A DNA stretch of 64,000 nucleotides, taken from assembly GCA_903861195.1 (NCBI GenBank), contig CAIOTJ010000344.1:571-64570 (forward strand), written 5' to 3'. This stretch comes from an uncultured Planctomycetaceae bacterium. GTDB lineage: Bacteria; Planctomycetota; Planctomycetia; Planctomycetales; Planctomycetaceae. The translations under genes and the position numbers were made by a program. Shown here piece after piece: positions 20,932 through 30,000 of this stretch; the first letter of the stretch is position 1, and each line of letters begins with the position of its first letter. The notes beneath the pieces were generated by a model. It worked only from the letters and a program-made list of their open reading frames with translations. It searched no databases and was not told where the DNA came from.

Positions 20932-20956
20932 GGCAGGGAGGACATCACCCCCTGCC
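20932..20956. terminator. weak hairpin between convergent genes
   Basis: 7-bp stem ggcaggg/ccctgcc with an 11-nt loop, followed by ggcggttttattttt on the plus strand. The T-run partly overlaps the stop of the minus-strand gene. Confidence 0.3.
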
Positions 20957-20963
20957 GGCGGTT

Positions 20964-21923
20964 TTATTTTTCGCGCCAGAGGATGTCGTCGGGAATGCCA
21001 AGTTCCGCCTGACGCGCGGCGATGTCGCGACGGAAACGGGTAGCATCGACCGGATAACCGGCGGTTGATTTCAGGTTGGGGACCTGGGTCTGCCACCAGG
21101 TGTTGAACTGCCGCATGGCCAGTTCCCGCAGGTATTTGGCGAGCATCGAAGCCAGAGCGGTGGGCAGATGCCGTTCGGACTGGGTCTGGAACCGGAATTC
21201 GAACCGGCCGGCGCGGTACCGGCTGAGCTGGGCCGACTCTTCGAGGCAGGTGATAAAGGTGTCTCCCACCACGATCGGGAGGAATTCGCGGTAGCGGTTG
21301 CGCCCGCCATGCTTGTCGGCCAGGACGAGGATCGGGGAGTGGGACTCTGAAAGTTGGGCGACGCAGCGGGCCACGAGTTGCAGTGACAATTCGGAGAGAG
21401 AGCGTCCCTTGCTGCCGGTTTGCCGATTGAGGGCATTGAAACGTTTGGGAGACACCAGGTCGGCGGCAAGTTGACGCAGCTGGATGCCGCGCTCGGCACA
21501 CCGGGCCCGCCAGTCGCCAAGGCGGGGGAGGTTCAACGACGCCGGGTCGGTGGGGAGGGGGATTCCCGCGGCATACCAGGGTTCCTGGGCAGGATCGGGA
21601 CGAGAATCGCGCAGGACTATCCGCAGCAGTCCGTCCCAAGAGGCGGGCGGGACGGCGTCTGGGGGAGAGAGCAGGGAGAGTGCGTGCCACAATGGGGCTT
21701 CGAGTGCCGCGATTCCCCGGCCCGCGCTGTAGACCTGTTTGGAGTCCCCCACGGTGATGGCCTGGGGATTGGCTTCGTCGGGGCGGCGGACAATTCCCGT
21801 GAACTCGGTGTGGAGATCGCAGCGGGTGGGATCGGTGGGGATTTCCCAGACAGTGGCGGCGATCAGCAGGGGGCCCAGGTTGGGACCGAATCCGGCTTCA
21901 TCGAGGCCGATGAGAAGTGGCAT
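20964..21923 (-). CDS. divergent RNase HII-like (RNase H fold) protein
   Basis: MPLLIGLDEAGFGPNLGPL.. (compare GxDEAGRGP), GDSKQV (compare DSK), ADKHGG, ASMLAKYLRELAM (compare ASIxAKxxRD) and AGYPVD (compare GYPSD) occur in the RNase HII order. There is a roughly 100-aa insertion and an Arg-to-Phe change in the first motif. Confidence 0.45.
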   Translation of the reverse strand: MPLLIGLDEAGFGPNLGPLLIAATVWEIPTDPTRCDLHTEFTGIVRRPDEANPQAITVGDSKQVYSAGRGIAALEAPLWHALSLLSPPDAVPPASWDGLLRIVLRDSRPDPAQEPWYAAGIPLPTDPASLNLPRLGDWRARCAERGIQLRQLAADLVSPKRFNALNRQTGSKGRSLSELSLQLVARCVAQLSESHSPILVLADKHGGRNRYREFLPIVVGDTFITCLEESAQLSRYRAGRFEFRFQTQSERHLPTALASMLAKYLRELAMRQFNTWWQTQVPNLKSTAGYPVDATRFRRDIAARQAELGIPDDILWREK

Positions 21924-22128
21924 GTGCGATGGGTTCCGGTGAGCAGACCAGAGGAGCGAGTCGGGGAAGGGGGGCTGGAACGATGAAGATAGGCGGTGGG
22001 GACGGGGAATGTCAGGTGGATTGAGAGCGGTTCGCGGGGGCTTGACAGGGCCGGGGACAGGGCCGAAGATGCCAGAAAAGGGGTTGGTTTCTCCTTTTCA
22101 TCAAGACGCAGAAGGGCTTAAGAGCACG

Positions 22129-22479
22129 ATGTCGACCCGCAAGATTGATGTGGAAGAGGTGAATGCCGTCACGGTGGCCAAGTTCACCGACAAGAAGATT
22201 CTGGATGAGACCAACATCCAGATCATCGCCAATCAATTGTTCAGCCTGATTGACGATGATCACCGCAAGAAGATCGTGTTGGACTTCGCGACGGTGGAGT
22301 ATCTGTCCAGTGCGGCTTTGGGCAAGTTGATCACCCTCGACAAGAAGGTGAAGGCCGACAAGGGGGAATTGCGGCTCTGCACGATCCGCAAAGACATCCT
22401 CGAAGTGTTCAAGATCACCAAGCTCGACAAACTGTTCAAGATCTTCGAGACGCGTGAAAAGGCGTTGGCGGGTTTCTAG
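22129..22479 (+). CDS. STAS-domain anti-sigma-factor antagonist (SpoIIAA/RsbV-like)
   Basis: 116 aa starting at the ATG at 22129 (MSTRKIDVEEVNAVTVAKFTDKKIL...). The conserved phospho-acceptor context is DFATVEYLSSAALGKLITL. GC is markedly lower than in neighbouring genes. Confidence 0.85.
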   Translation: MSTRKIDVEEVNAVTVAKFTDKKILDETNIQIIANQLFSLIDDDHRKKIVLDFATVEYLSSAALGKLITLDKKVKADKGELRLCTIRKDILEVFKITKLDKLFKIFETREKALAGF

Positions 22480-22734
22480 TATTGCGTGGATGTGGGCTGG
22501 GAGAGCGATCCCCAGTCTGAGAGCACGAACTTGGGCCCGGGATGGATTGGGGATGATTTTCCCCTGCTGGTGGGTGGCTGGTGAGCGCCGCAGCGACGGG
22601 TGATGTCGCCCCGACTGCGGCTGAACTGGTGGGGTGAAATGTCAAGGCAGGCATTGACTCACCTCGTGAACTGCCGGCCGACTTGGACTTCACTGCCCCT
22701 GCGGTGGAGCCCGCCCGAGTGACTGTCGTGCGTT

Positions 22735-23220
22735 TTGTTCCTGATTCGGGCCATTCCCGTGACCACAGGCCAGCCAGTCAAAACGGAAGTGACGATCCCC
22801 AGCGACACGGTGGCGGGTCAGGCATTGCAGGAACAGATTCTCCGGCAACTGGAGGATCTGCAGTTCGAGGATCAGGATCTCTTTGGGGTGCGTCTGGCCC
22901 TCGAAGAGGCCCTCGTGAATGCCATCAAGCATGGCAATCGCCTCGACCCCGCCAAGAACGTGCGGGTGCAGTGGTGTGTTGATGATGTCCGGGTGGTGAT
23001 TGAGATTGAGGATGAAGGGGAAGGGTTTGATCCGGGTGATGTTCCCGACCCGACCGCCGACGAAAACCTGGAACGCCCCTGTGGACGTGGTATTCATCTG
23101 ATGCGGGCGTTTATGACCTCGATTGAATACCTCGATCGGGGCAACCGCGTGGTGCTGATCAAGTCGCGGACGGTGGCTGAGGAAGAAGCTGAGGAAGAGT
23201 CTCCCCCTGAGGAAGGGTAG
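22735..23220 (+). CDS. anti-sigma regulatory factor Ser/Thr kinase (SpoIIAB/RsbW-like, HATPase_c_2)
   Basis: LALEEALVNAIKHGN (N-box), IEIEDEGEGFDP (G1) and GRGIHLMRAFM (G2) are present, followed by an acidic tail. The track start is a TTG, and a GTG a few codons later is an alternative. Confidence 0.8.
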   Translation: MFLIRAIPVTTGQPVKTEVTIPSDTVAGQALQEQILRQLEDLQFEDQDLFGVRLALEEALVNAIKHGNRLDPAKNVRVQWCVDDVRVVIEIEDEGEGFDPGDVPDPTADENLERPCGRGIHLMRAFMTSIEYLDRGNRVVLIKSRTVAEEEAEEESPPEEG

Positions 23221-23448
23221 TCTGGCACGTGGTCGGGTTGGGGGCGAAGTGGATTCGGCCCGTGGGCACCCGTCTCGTGTTGCGAACAGCCGCTTTTGTC
23301 GGAAAACAATGCAAACCGGGCGGAACGTGAGATTCCGAGCGCAGGCCGAGGTCGGTAGCGAACGCTGGGCCCAACGCGTTCCTTTCGCAGTCCGGCCTTG
23401 CGCCCATGAACCTGCTGAGGTTCGCATCTGGGAGGCTTCTGCGCCGCG

Positions 23449-24906
23449 TTAAGTGTCCAGCGGCTGGTCCTCGTCTCCTCCGGGTTCGGTCTCGGACGGC
23501 GGCAGGTCGACTGCCGAGCTGGCACCCGGGGCCGCCAGTCCCAGGACTTCAAGTCGTCGAATCAATCGGGTGCGGTGAATTCCCAGCAGGGCGGCGGCTC
23601 TGGTCCGATTCTGTCGGCTGCGCTGGAGAGCGAGGGAGATCACGCGGCGTTCGGCCTCGATGAGGATCTGGTCGAGGTGGAGTTGCGGTTGCTGCGCGGG
23701 AGGGGTGATTGCCTCGGGCGGAGTCCTCAGGCGAGCCGGCAGATCGTTAGCCCCCAGCAGCGGGGCTGGGGCGGAGGCATGGGCTGCCCGCAAGACATCC
23801 CCCAGTTCGTCGAGGTGCCGGGGCCAGGGCCAGGCCTGCAGAAGCTGCAGCGCCTCATCCGTGAGCCCGGAGACTTCCCGTGAAGAAAGGCGATTGCACT
23901 CTTCGAGGATGTGCTGGGCCAGCAGGGGGATGTCTTCGCGTCGCTCACGGAGGGGGGGGAGTTCGATCACGAGGGGGGTCAGGTGGAGCGCCAGTTCGTC
24001 CAGCAGGCGCTCGGCAGCCACCAACTCTTTCCAGGGTCGGCTGGTGGATGCCAGGATGCGAATCTGGGGAGGAAGGTCTCTGTCGACTACGGGCACACAC
24101 AGTCGACAGATGCGTTGCTGCAGATCGCGCGGCAGATGATCGACGTCGCCCAGATAGAGCGTTCCCGGCAGAGAGGTTCCTCCCGCCGAGGCCGTTCCCG
24201 AGTGGACTTCCAGCAAGCGGGTCAAGACCCGCTCGAGTTCTCCCGCCGTCAGCCGTTGGCAGTCGAGGGGGACGTACCAACGTCCGGCTCCCGGGCCGGC
24301 GAAGTGGATGACCCGGGAGAGGTGCTCGCGACCGGTTCCCGGTTCCCCCTGCAGCAGCACAGAGCCGTGGGAGGGGATGACCAGTTGAACCTGGGCCAGC
24401 ACCCGCCGCATGGGGCGGCTGACCGCGACGATGGTGTGCGACCCGAATCGCTGTCGCTGCGAGCTGCGGAGCGACGCCAACTCGGCGTGCAGTCGCACAG
24501 CCATGGGGGTCGACTCGAGTTCGGCCGGCGGCAGCGGGGGCCCCACGAGCCCCAGCACTCCCGTGATTCCCAGTTCGGAATCGCGGAGGGGAAAGCAGTG
24601 AAGCGACCGCGACAAGCGCTCGCCCGCCGAAGTCAGGATCTGGGCGGGGACAACCCGCTCCGCCCCTTGGAAGACTTCCGGGGGGGGGCAGAGGCTGGCA
24701 GCGAGAGCGGCACCGGTTTGACCGGGAGCCTCTGGTGCGTACCGGCACACCTCCCCCACGACATCGGCGGCGGACCAACCGGTCAGCGACTGCAGTCCCG
24801 CATTGAACACGCGGATTCTTCGTTCCGCGTCGAGCACGAACAAGGGGGTCTGCGAGGTCCCCAGCCATGTGGCCAGATCCTGGGTCTTCCGCGATCGCCG
24901 GGGCAT
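23449..24906 (-). CDS. PAS + sigma54-interaction-like AAA+ + Fis-HTH regulator with degenerate catalytic motifs
   Basis: There is an N-terminal PAS domain (LFVLDAERRIRVFNAGLQSLTGWSAADVVGEVC). The AAA+ core reads LLQGEPGTGREHLSRVIH...LYLGDVDHLP...ELPPLRERREDIPLLAQHIL...WPWPRHLDEL. The C-terminal HTH_8 is NRTRAAALLGIHRTRLIRRLEVLGL. Confidence 0.8.
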   Translation of the reverse strand: MPRRSRKTQDLATWLGTSQTPLFVLDAERRIRVFNAGLQSLTGWSAADVVGEVCRYAPEAPGQTGAALAASLCPPPEVFQGAERVVPAQILTSAGERLSRSLHCFPLRDSELGITGVLGLVGPPLPPAELESTPMAVRLHAELASLRSSQRQRFGSHTIVAVSRPMRRVLAQVQLVIPSHGSVLLQGEPGTGREHLSRVIHFAGPGAGRWYVPLDCQRLTAGELERVLTRLLEVHSGTASAGGTSLPGTLYLGDVDHLPRDLQQRICRLCVPVVDRDLPPQIRILASTSRPWKELVAAERLLDELALHLTPLVIELPPLRERREDIPLLAQHILEECNRLSSREVSGLTDEALQLLQAWPWPRHLDELGDVLRAAHASAPAPLLGANDLPARLRTPPEAITPPAQQPQLHLDQILIEAERRVISLALQRSRQNRTRAAALLGIHRTRLIRRLEVLGLAAPGASSAVDLPPSETEPGGDEDQPLDT

Positions 24907-24911
24907 TCAGT

Positions 24912-26003
24912 TCACCTTTGCACTCGTCCCGAGCCTCCCCCCTTCATCAAGCCTTCAATTTCCGAGCGGCTCGAATGATTGAAGTCTCCCTTGATGCTGT
25001 GCTTGAGACAGCTGGCGGCCACGGCATAGGCGATGGCCTGTGAGGGCTCGCTGAGGCCCGGGGAATTGAGGGCGAAGATCAGTCCGCCCGCGAACGAGTC
25101 GCCCGCCCCCACCCGGTCGACGATGTTGCGGATCTCATATGGTTCGTACTGACCGGCGGCATTGACCGGAGCACAGTGCACCGAGTCGGTGGCGGCATGG
25201 TAGAAGATGCCCCCCCAATTGTTGTGGCTGGCCGAGATGCTTTCGCGCAGTGTGATGGCGACTCGTTTCACATTGCGGAACTGTCGGACAATCTCGCGGG
25301 CGACCTGCCCATACCCCTCGAGCGAAATCTCGCCCGCCTCGACATTGCTGTGGGGGGCCTGGATCCCCAGACACATATCGGCATCTTCTTCGTTGGCAAT
25401 CACCAGGTCGACGTATTTCACGAGTTCGCGCATCGTCTGGCGGGCCAGTTCAACGGGGCTCTTCCCCGCCTGCCAGCGCCACAGTTTCTTGCGGAAATTG
25501 AGGTCGCACGAGACGGGAATGCCACGCTGCGAAGCCTGGCGTACCGCTTCGAGCGCCGCCTGCGCCGCCTGTTCGCTGATGGCCGGGGTGATTCCGGTGA
25601 TGTGAAACCAGGTGGCTCCGTCGAGGATCTTCTTCCAGTCGTAAGTTTCTGGGCCGGCGAGCGAAATGCAGCTGGCATCCCGGTCGTAGGTCACGGTTCC
25701 CGCGCGCTGGTTGGCACCGGTCTCAACAAAGTAGACCCCGAAGCGGCCCTTCGGGCTGCGTTGGACGAGGCGATGGTCAACCCCCAGGCGACGGATTTCC
25801 GAGACAAAGGCATCGGTGAGGGGATTGTCGGGAAGCACGGTGGCATAGGCCGATTCGCCCCCCTGCAGCGCAACGGAGACGGCCACATTCACCTCGCCCC
25901 CTCCGAAGGTCGCTTCCAGACGTCCGGGCAAGACCTGAGACAGCCGCAGAAACTCCTCGGGAGCCAAACGGAGCATCACTTCGCCAAACGTCACGACACG
26001 CAT
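24912..26003 (-). CDS. kdgK: PfkB-family sugar kinase, 2-dehydro-3-deoxygluconokinase-like
   Basis: MRVVTFGEVMLRLAPEEFLRLSQ...EATFGGGEVNVAVSVA... together with the C-terminal VDRVGAGDSFAGGLIFAL (PfkB signature 2). Start set to the ATG at 26001-26003. Confidence 0.7.
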   Translation of the reverse strand: MRVVTFGEVMLRLAPEEFLRLSQVLPGRLEATFGGGEVNVAVSVALQGGESAYATVLPDNPLTDAFVSEIRRLGVDHRLVQRSPKGRFGVYFVETGANQRAGTVTYDRDASCISLAGPETYDWKKILDGATWFHITGITPAISEQAAQAALEAVRQASQRGIPVSCDLNFRKKLWRWQAGKSPVELARQTMRELVKYVDLVIANEEDADMCLGIQAPHSNVEAGEISLEGYGQVAREIVRQFRNVKRVAITLRESISASHNNWGGIFYHAATDSVHCAPVNAAGQYEPYEIRNIVDRVGAGDSFAGGLIFALNSPGLSEPSQAIAYAVAASCLKHSIKGDFNHSSRSEIEGLMKGGGSGRVQR

Positions 26004-26265
26004 TGCGGCAATCTTTCGTCTTGGGGAGGGAACCCGGGGAAGCGTCCAGAGACACACCCCTTCCACCGGGGAGGTGCCGCGATTCTGTCAACTGGCTGGC
26101 GGGGTCGCAATCCCCCGGGACTTTCTTTCAGGGAGAGGGGGCTTTATAACGGCGGGAACGACATTCCCGGATTGCCATTCCGCACCGGGGCCACGGCGGG
26201 ACGGGAGCGACTTCCCGTGGGGCCGTGGATGTTGTCCAGCTCACCTTCAATCGAGGAGCGGATTC

Positions 26266-27516
26266 ATGCCCCGCCAGATTCTTCAGTTTGCGGTGGCCTG
26301 CCTCTTGGGGAGTGCCCTGGGGGGCGCGAGTGGGGCGGCCGACTGGAATCGCTTCCGGGGGCCCAATGGGACCGGCTCGGTGGAGGACGCCGGTGTGCCG
26401 GTCCAGTTTGGTGAGCAGGACAACCTGCTCTGGAAGGTGCCGCTGGCTGCTGGAAATTCGTCGCCGATCGTGTCGCAGGGGCGGATTTTCCTGCAGACCG
26501 CCAACGAAGATGGCAGCGAACGCCGGCTGCGGTGCCTGTCGCTGGCGGATGGGAAGGAGCTGTGGACCCGGACAATCGCGGCGAAATCGGCCCACACCCA
26601 CGCCAAGAGCAGTCTGGCGTCCTGCACGGGGGCTGCCGATGAGCGCCGGGTGGTGATGCCATTCTGGGATGGAACCGAGATCTCGGTGCACGCCTTTTCG
26701 CTGGATGGAGAGCCGCAGTGGTCGCACCGTCTGGGCAGCTTCACCAGTCAGCATGGGGCCGGTCATTCGCCCATTTTGGTCGATGGCAAGGTGATTCTCT
26801 CGAATGACCAGGATGGAACCGCCGAAATCGTGGCGTTGGATGCCGAGACGGGGGCCGTGGTCTGGAAAACGGCCCGCACCCCGTCCCGGGCCAATTATGC
26901 CACTCCCGTGTTGGTGGAGCGGGTGGCGGGAATTCCCGAGATTCTGATCGCGGGAACCCCCGGGGCGGCCACCTACGATCTGCGCAGTGGATCGGAAACC
27001 TGGAAGTGGGTGTGGAAGTCGAACACCAAACAGCTGCGGGCGGTGGGTTCCCCCGTGGTCATCGACGGTCTCGTGGTCTTCAGTGGGGGGAATGGTCCAG
27101 GGGACCGCCAGGTGGCGGCGGTGAAGCTTTCCGGGAACGGGGATGTCACCGAGACCAACCTCGCTTGGGAAACGCACAAGTTGTTTCCGTATGTTCCCTG
27201 CATGCTGACCCGCGGGGAGCACATCTATTTTGTGAATGATGCGGGAGTCGCCGCCTGTTATGTAGGGAAGACGGGAGAACAGATCTGGTCCAAGCGACTT
27301 GGTGAGGGGACCTTCTACTCGTCTCCGGTGATGGCGGCCGGTCGGATTTATGCGGCGGCCGAGAACGGCACGGTCTTCGTGTTTGGCGCCGCGAAGGAAT
27401 TTGAGCTGTTGGCGACCAACCAACTGGACGATTCGGTGATTGCCAGCCCCGCCGTGGTCGATGGCCGGCTGCTGATTCGCGGCAAGCAGAACCTGTACTG
27501 TTTTGGCACCCGTTGA
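26266..27516 (+). CDS. PQQ-like beta-propeller repeat protein (BamB/YfgL-like fold), secreted
   Basis: Signal peptide MPRQILQFAVACLLGSALGGASGAADW. NRFRGPNGTGS follows, then repeated ...G..LW......SSP.V..GRI... propeller blades up to ...ASPAVVDGRLLIRGKQNLYCFG. Confidence 0.8.
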   Translation: MPRQILQFAVACLLGSALGGASGAADWNRFRGPNGTGSVEDAGVPVQFGEQDNLLWKVPLAAGNSSPIVSQGRIFLQTANEDGSERRLRCLSLADGKELWTRTIAAKSAHTHAKSSLASCTGAADERRVVMPFWDGTEISVHAFSLDGEPQWSHRLGSFTSQHGAGHSPILVDGKVILSNDQDGTAEIVALDAETGAVVWKTARTPSRANYATPVLVERVAGIPEILIAGTPGAATYDLRSGSETWKWVWKSNTKQLRAVGSPVVIDGLVVFSGGNGPGDRQVAAVKLSGNGDVTETNLAWETHKLFPYVPCMLTRGEHIYFVNDAGVAACYVGKTGEQIWSKRLGEGTFYSSPVMAAGRIYAAAENGTVFVFGAAKEFELLATNQLDDSVIASPAVVDGRLLIRGKQNLYCFGTR

Positions 27517-27529
27517 TTGATGCGATCCC

Positions 27530-29896
27530 ATGAGCCTCGCGGAAAATTCGCTGCGGAAGGGTAAATTCCCTGGCCCGGGTTCGAGCCGGGGGCTGGTGCT
27601 GGGGATGGCCCTGGTTGTCTTGTCTGTGGGGCAGAGCGGCTGGGTAACGTCTCTGGCCGCAAGGGAGGTTGCATCGGGGCAAGAGCTCTATGCGCAGGTT
27701 TGCCTGCGGTGCCATGGAACGCAGGGGGAGGGGGCGGGAGACCGGAAACGGGCGCTCGAGGGAGATCTGTCGGTTGGTGAACTGGCCCGGTTGATCCACC
27801 GCACCATGCCCGAAGAAGATCCCGGCAGCCTGTCCGAGGAGCAGGCGCGGGATGTGGCGGCATACATCCATGAGGCGTTTTATTCGCCGGTTGCGCGAGA
27901 GCGGCTGCGGCCTCCGCGGGTCGAACTGTCCCGCTTGACGGCTCGCCAGTACCGGTATGCCGTGGCCGACCTCGTGGGGAGTTTCCGTCCCGCGCTGGCC
28001 GAGCGGGGGGAACCTGGTCTGAAGGGGTTGTATTTCCGGGGACGTCGACTGGGGGGAGAGAAAGAGAGTGTGCTGAAGCGTGCCGATCCCCGGATTGCGT
28101 TTGACTTCGGCACCGCCGCTCCGGTCCCCGAGATCGCTGAGCCGCAGGAGTTTTCGATCCGTTGGGAGGGGGCTCTGTGGGCCCCCGTCACAGGGGAGTA
28201 TGAGTTTGTGATCCGGACCGAGCATGCCGCGCGGCTCTGGTTGAATGGGAACGCCACCCCCCTGATTGACGCCTGGGTCAAATCGGGGGCCGAGAGCGAG
28301 TACCGCGGAACGATTTTCCTCCTGGCCGGCCGACCGTATCCGTTGCGGGTGGAATACACCAAGGGGAAGCAGGGGGTCGATGACTCGGCCAAACAAAAAA
28401 AGCAGGAATCGCAGCCCTCGAGCATGACGCTCTTGTGGCGCCGTCCGGATGAGCAGTCGGTTGCCGTCGTACCGGCCCGCGTCTTGAGCCAGGCGAGGCC
28501 CCCGGAGTCGTTTGTCTGTGCGACCACATTCCCACCGGACGATCGGAGCTTCGGATGGGAACGTGGCAATGCTGTCTCCAAGGGTTGGGAGCAAGCGACG
28601 ACCACGGCGGCGCTTGAGACGGCCGATTACGTAGTGACGCATCTCGACTCGCTGGCGGGGACCGGGGAGGAGGGCGGCGATCGGCAGGAGAAGCTGGTGG
28701 AATTCTGTCTGCGTTTCGCCGAGCGCGCCTTCCGGCGGCCGCTGTCGGCCAGTCAACGCGAGATCCTGGTCAATCGCCCCTTCGCCAATCCGGCCGATGG
28801 GGATCAGGCGGTGCGGCAGTCGGTGCTGCGGGTCCTCAAGTTTCCCCAGTTTCTGTACCAGGAGTTTCGCCCCGTTGAAGACGATTGGGACGTGGCGGCC
28901 CGGTTGGCATGGGCCCTGTGGGATTCCATTCCGGATGACGTTTTGCGCAAGGCGGCCGAGCGTGGTGAATTGGCGACGGAGGAACAGCGGCGGACGCAGG
29001 CTGAGCGGATGCTGGCCGATCCCAGGGGACGGAACAAATTGCGGGAGTTTGTGTTCGTCTGGCTGAAAGCCGACCTGCCGATGGAGGTCGTCAAGGATGA
29101 GAGGCTGTTCCCAGGGTATGACGAAGCGCTGCTGAGCGATCTGCGGACATCCCTTGAGTTGTTCTGGGATGCCGTAGTCTGGTCGGAAGGGAGTGATTTC
29201 CGGCAGTTGCTGAGTGCCGAGGAGTTGTGGCTGAATGACCGGTTGTCGCGCTGGTATGGCGGCGAACTGCCTGACGGAGGCGAGTTTCAACCGGTAGTTC
29301 GGCGGGGCGAACAACGGGCCGGCGTCGTGACGCATCCCTACTTGATGGCGCGCCTGGCCCGGACCGATGAGAGTTCCCCCATTCATCGAGGGGTCTTTCT
29401 GGCGCGGGGTGTTCTGGGGCGTCTGCTCAAGCCCCCTCCCGAAGCCGTGACTCCGCTCCCCATCGAGGTGCAGCCTGATTTGACGACCCGCGAGCGGGTC
29501 TTGCTGCAGACCTCACCGGAAGCGTGTGCGGGCTGTCATGCGCTGATCAATCCGCTGGGGTTCGCCCTCGAGAACTTCGACCCGATCGGTCGGTTTCGTC
29601 TGGAGGATCGGGGACGGCCCGTGAATGCAGAGGGCACCTACACGTCCCGTACCGGCGAGGTGGTGCTGTTTCAGGGGAGCCACCAGTTGGCCGAGTTTCT
29701 GGTGGCCAGTCCGGAGGCGACTGCGGCGTTTACCAGGCAGTTGTTTCAGCACCTGGTTCAGCAGGCGCCGGCGGCTTGGGGCCCGGGAACACAAGATCGG
29801 CTGGTGGAGGACTTTCGCGCCAGCGGCTGCCATATCCGGCGGCTGGCGGTGTGGATCGCCGATTTCTCAACCCAAAGGCCGGCAGTGGGGCCTTGA
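27530..29896 (+). CDS. CxxCH haem-c + PA14 + DUF1592/DUF1588/DUF1585-family protein
   Basis: CLRCHGTQGEG is the haem-c motif. The PA14-like block is GLKGLYFRG...FSIRWEGALWAPVTGEYEFVIRTEHAARLWLNG...LLAGRPYPLRVEYTKG. The C-terminal blocks (...SPIHRGVFLARGVLG..., ...CAGCHALINPLGFALENFDPIGRFR...) are typical of the DUF1588/DUF1585 end of this family. Confidence 0.85.
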   Translation: MSLAENSLRKGKFPGPGSSRGLVLGMALVVLSVGQSGWVTSLAAREVASGQELYAQVCLRCHGTQGEGAGDRKRALEGDLSVGELARLIHRTMPEEDPGSLSEEQARDVAAYIHEAFYSPVARERLRPPRVELSRLTARQYRYAVADLVGSFRPALAERGEPGLKGLYFRGRRLGGEKESVLKRADPRIAFDFGTAAPVPEIAEPQEFSIRWEGALWAPVTGEYEFVIRTEHAARLWLNGNATPLIDAWVKSGAESEYRGTIFLLAGRPYPLRVEYTKGKQGVDDSAKQKKQESQPSSMTLLWRRPDEQSVAVVPARVLSQARPPESFVCATTFPPDDRSFGWERGNAVSKGWEQATTTAALETADYVVTHLDSLAGTGEEGGDRQEKLVEFCLRFAERAFRRPLSASQREILVNRPFANPADGDQAVRQSVLRVLKFPQFLYQEFRPVEDDWDVAARLAWALWDSIPDDVLRKAAERGELATEEQRRTQAERMLADPRGRNKLREFVFVWLKADLPMEVVKDERLFPGYDEALLSDLRTSLELFWDAVVWSEGSDFRQLLSAEELWLNDRLSRWYGGELPDGGEFQPVVRRGEQRAGVVTHPYLMARLARTDESSPIHRGVFLARGVLGRLLKPPPEAVTPLPIEVQPDLTTRERVLLQTSPEACAGCHALINPLGFALENFDPIGRFRLEDRGRPVNAEGTYTSRTGEVVLFQGSHQLAEFLVASPEATAAFTRQLFQHLVQQAPAAWGPGTQDRLVEDFRASGCHIRRLAVWIADFSTQRPAVGP

Positions 29897-29941
29897 GGCG
29901 GCGGAAGAGCGTCTGTTTACCCCGGACTGTCAAAAGCCCCC

Positions 29942-29975
29942 CAGTTTGGCGATTCCCCCAGTTTGGCGATTCCCA
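29942..29975. repeat. 17-bp tandem duplication (cagtttggcgattcccc x2, last base differs)
   Basis: Read directly, in the convergent intergenic region between the DUF1592-family gene and fdxA. Confidence 0.8.
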
Positions 29976-30000
29976 AGGTGCTGATCCCCGTTGAGGTCTT

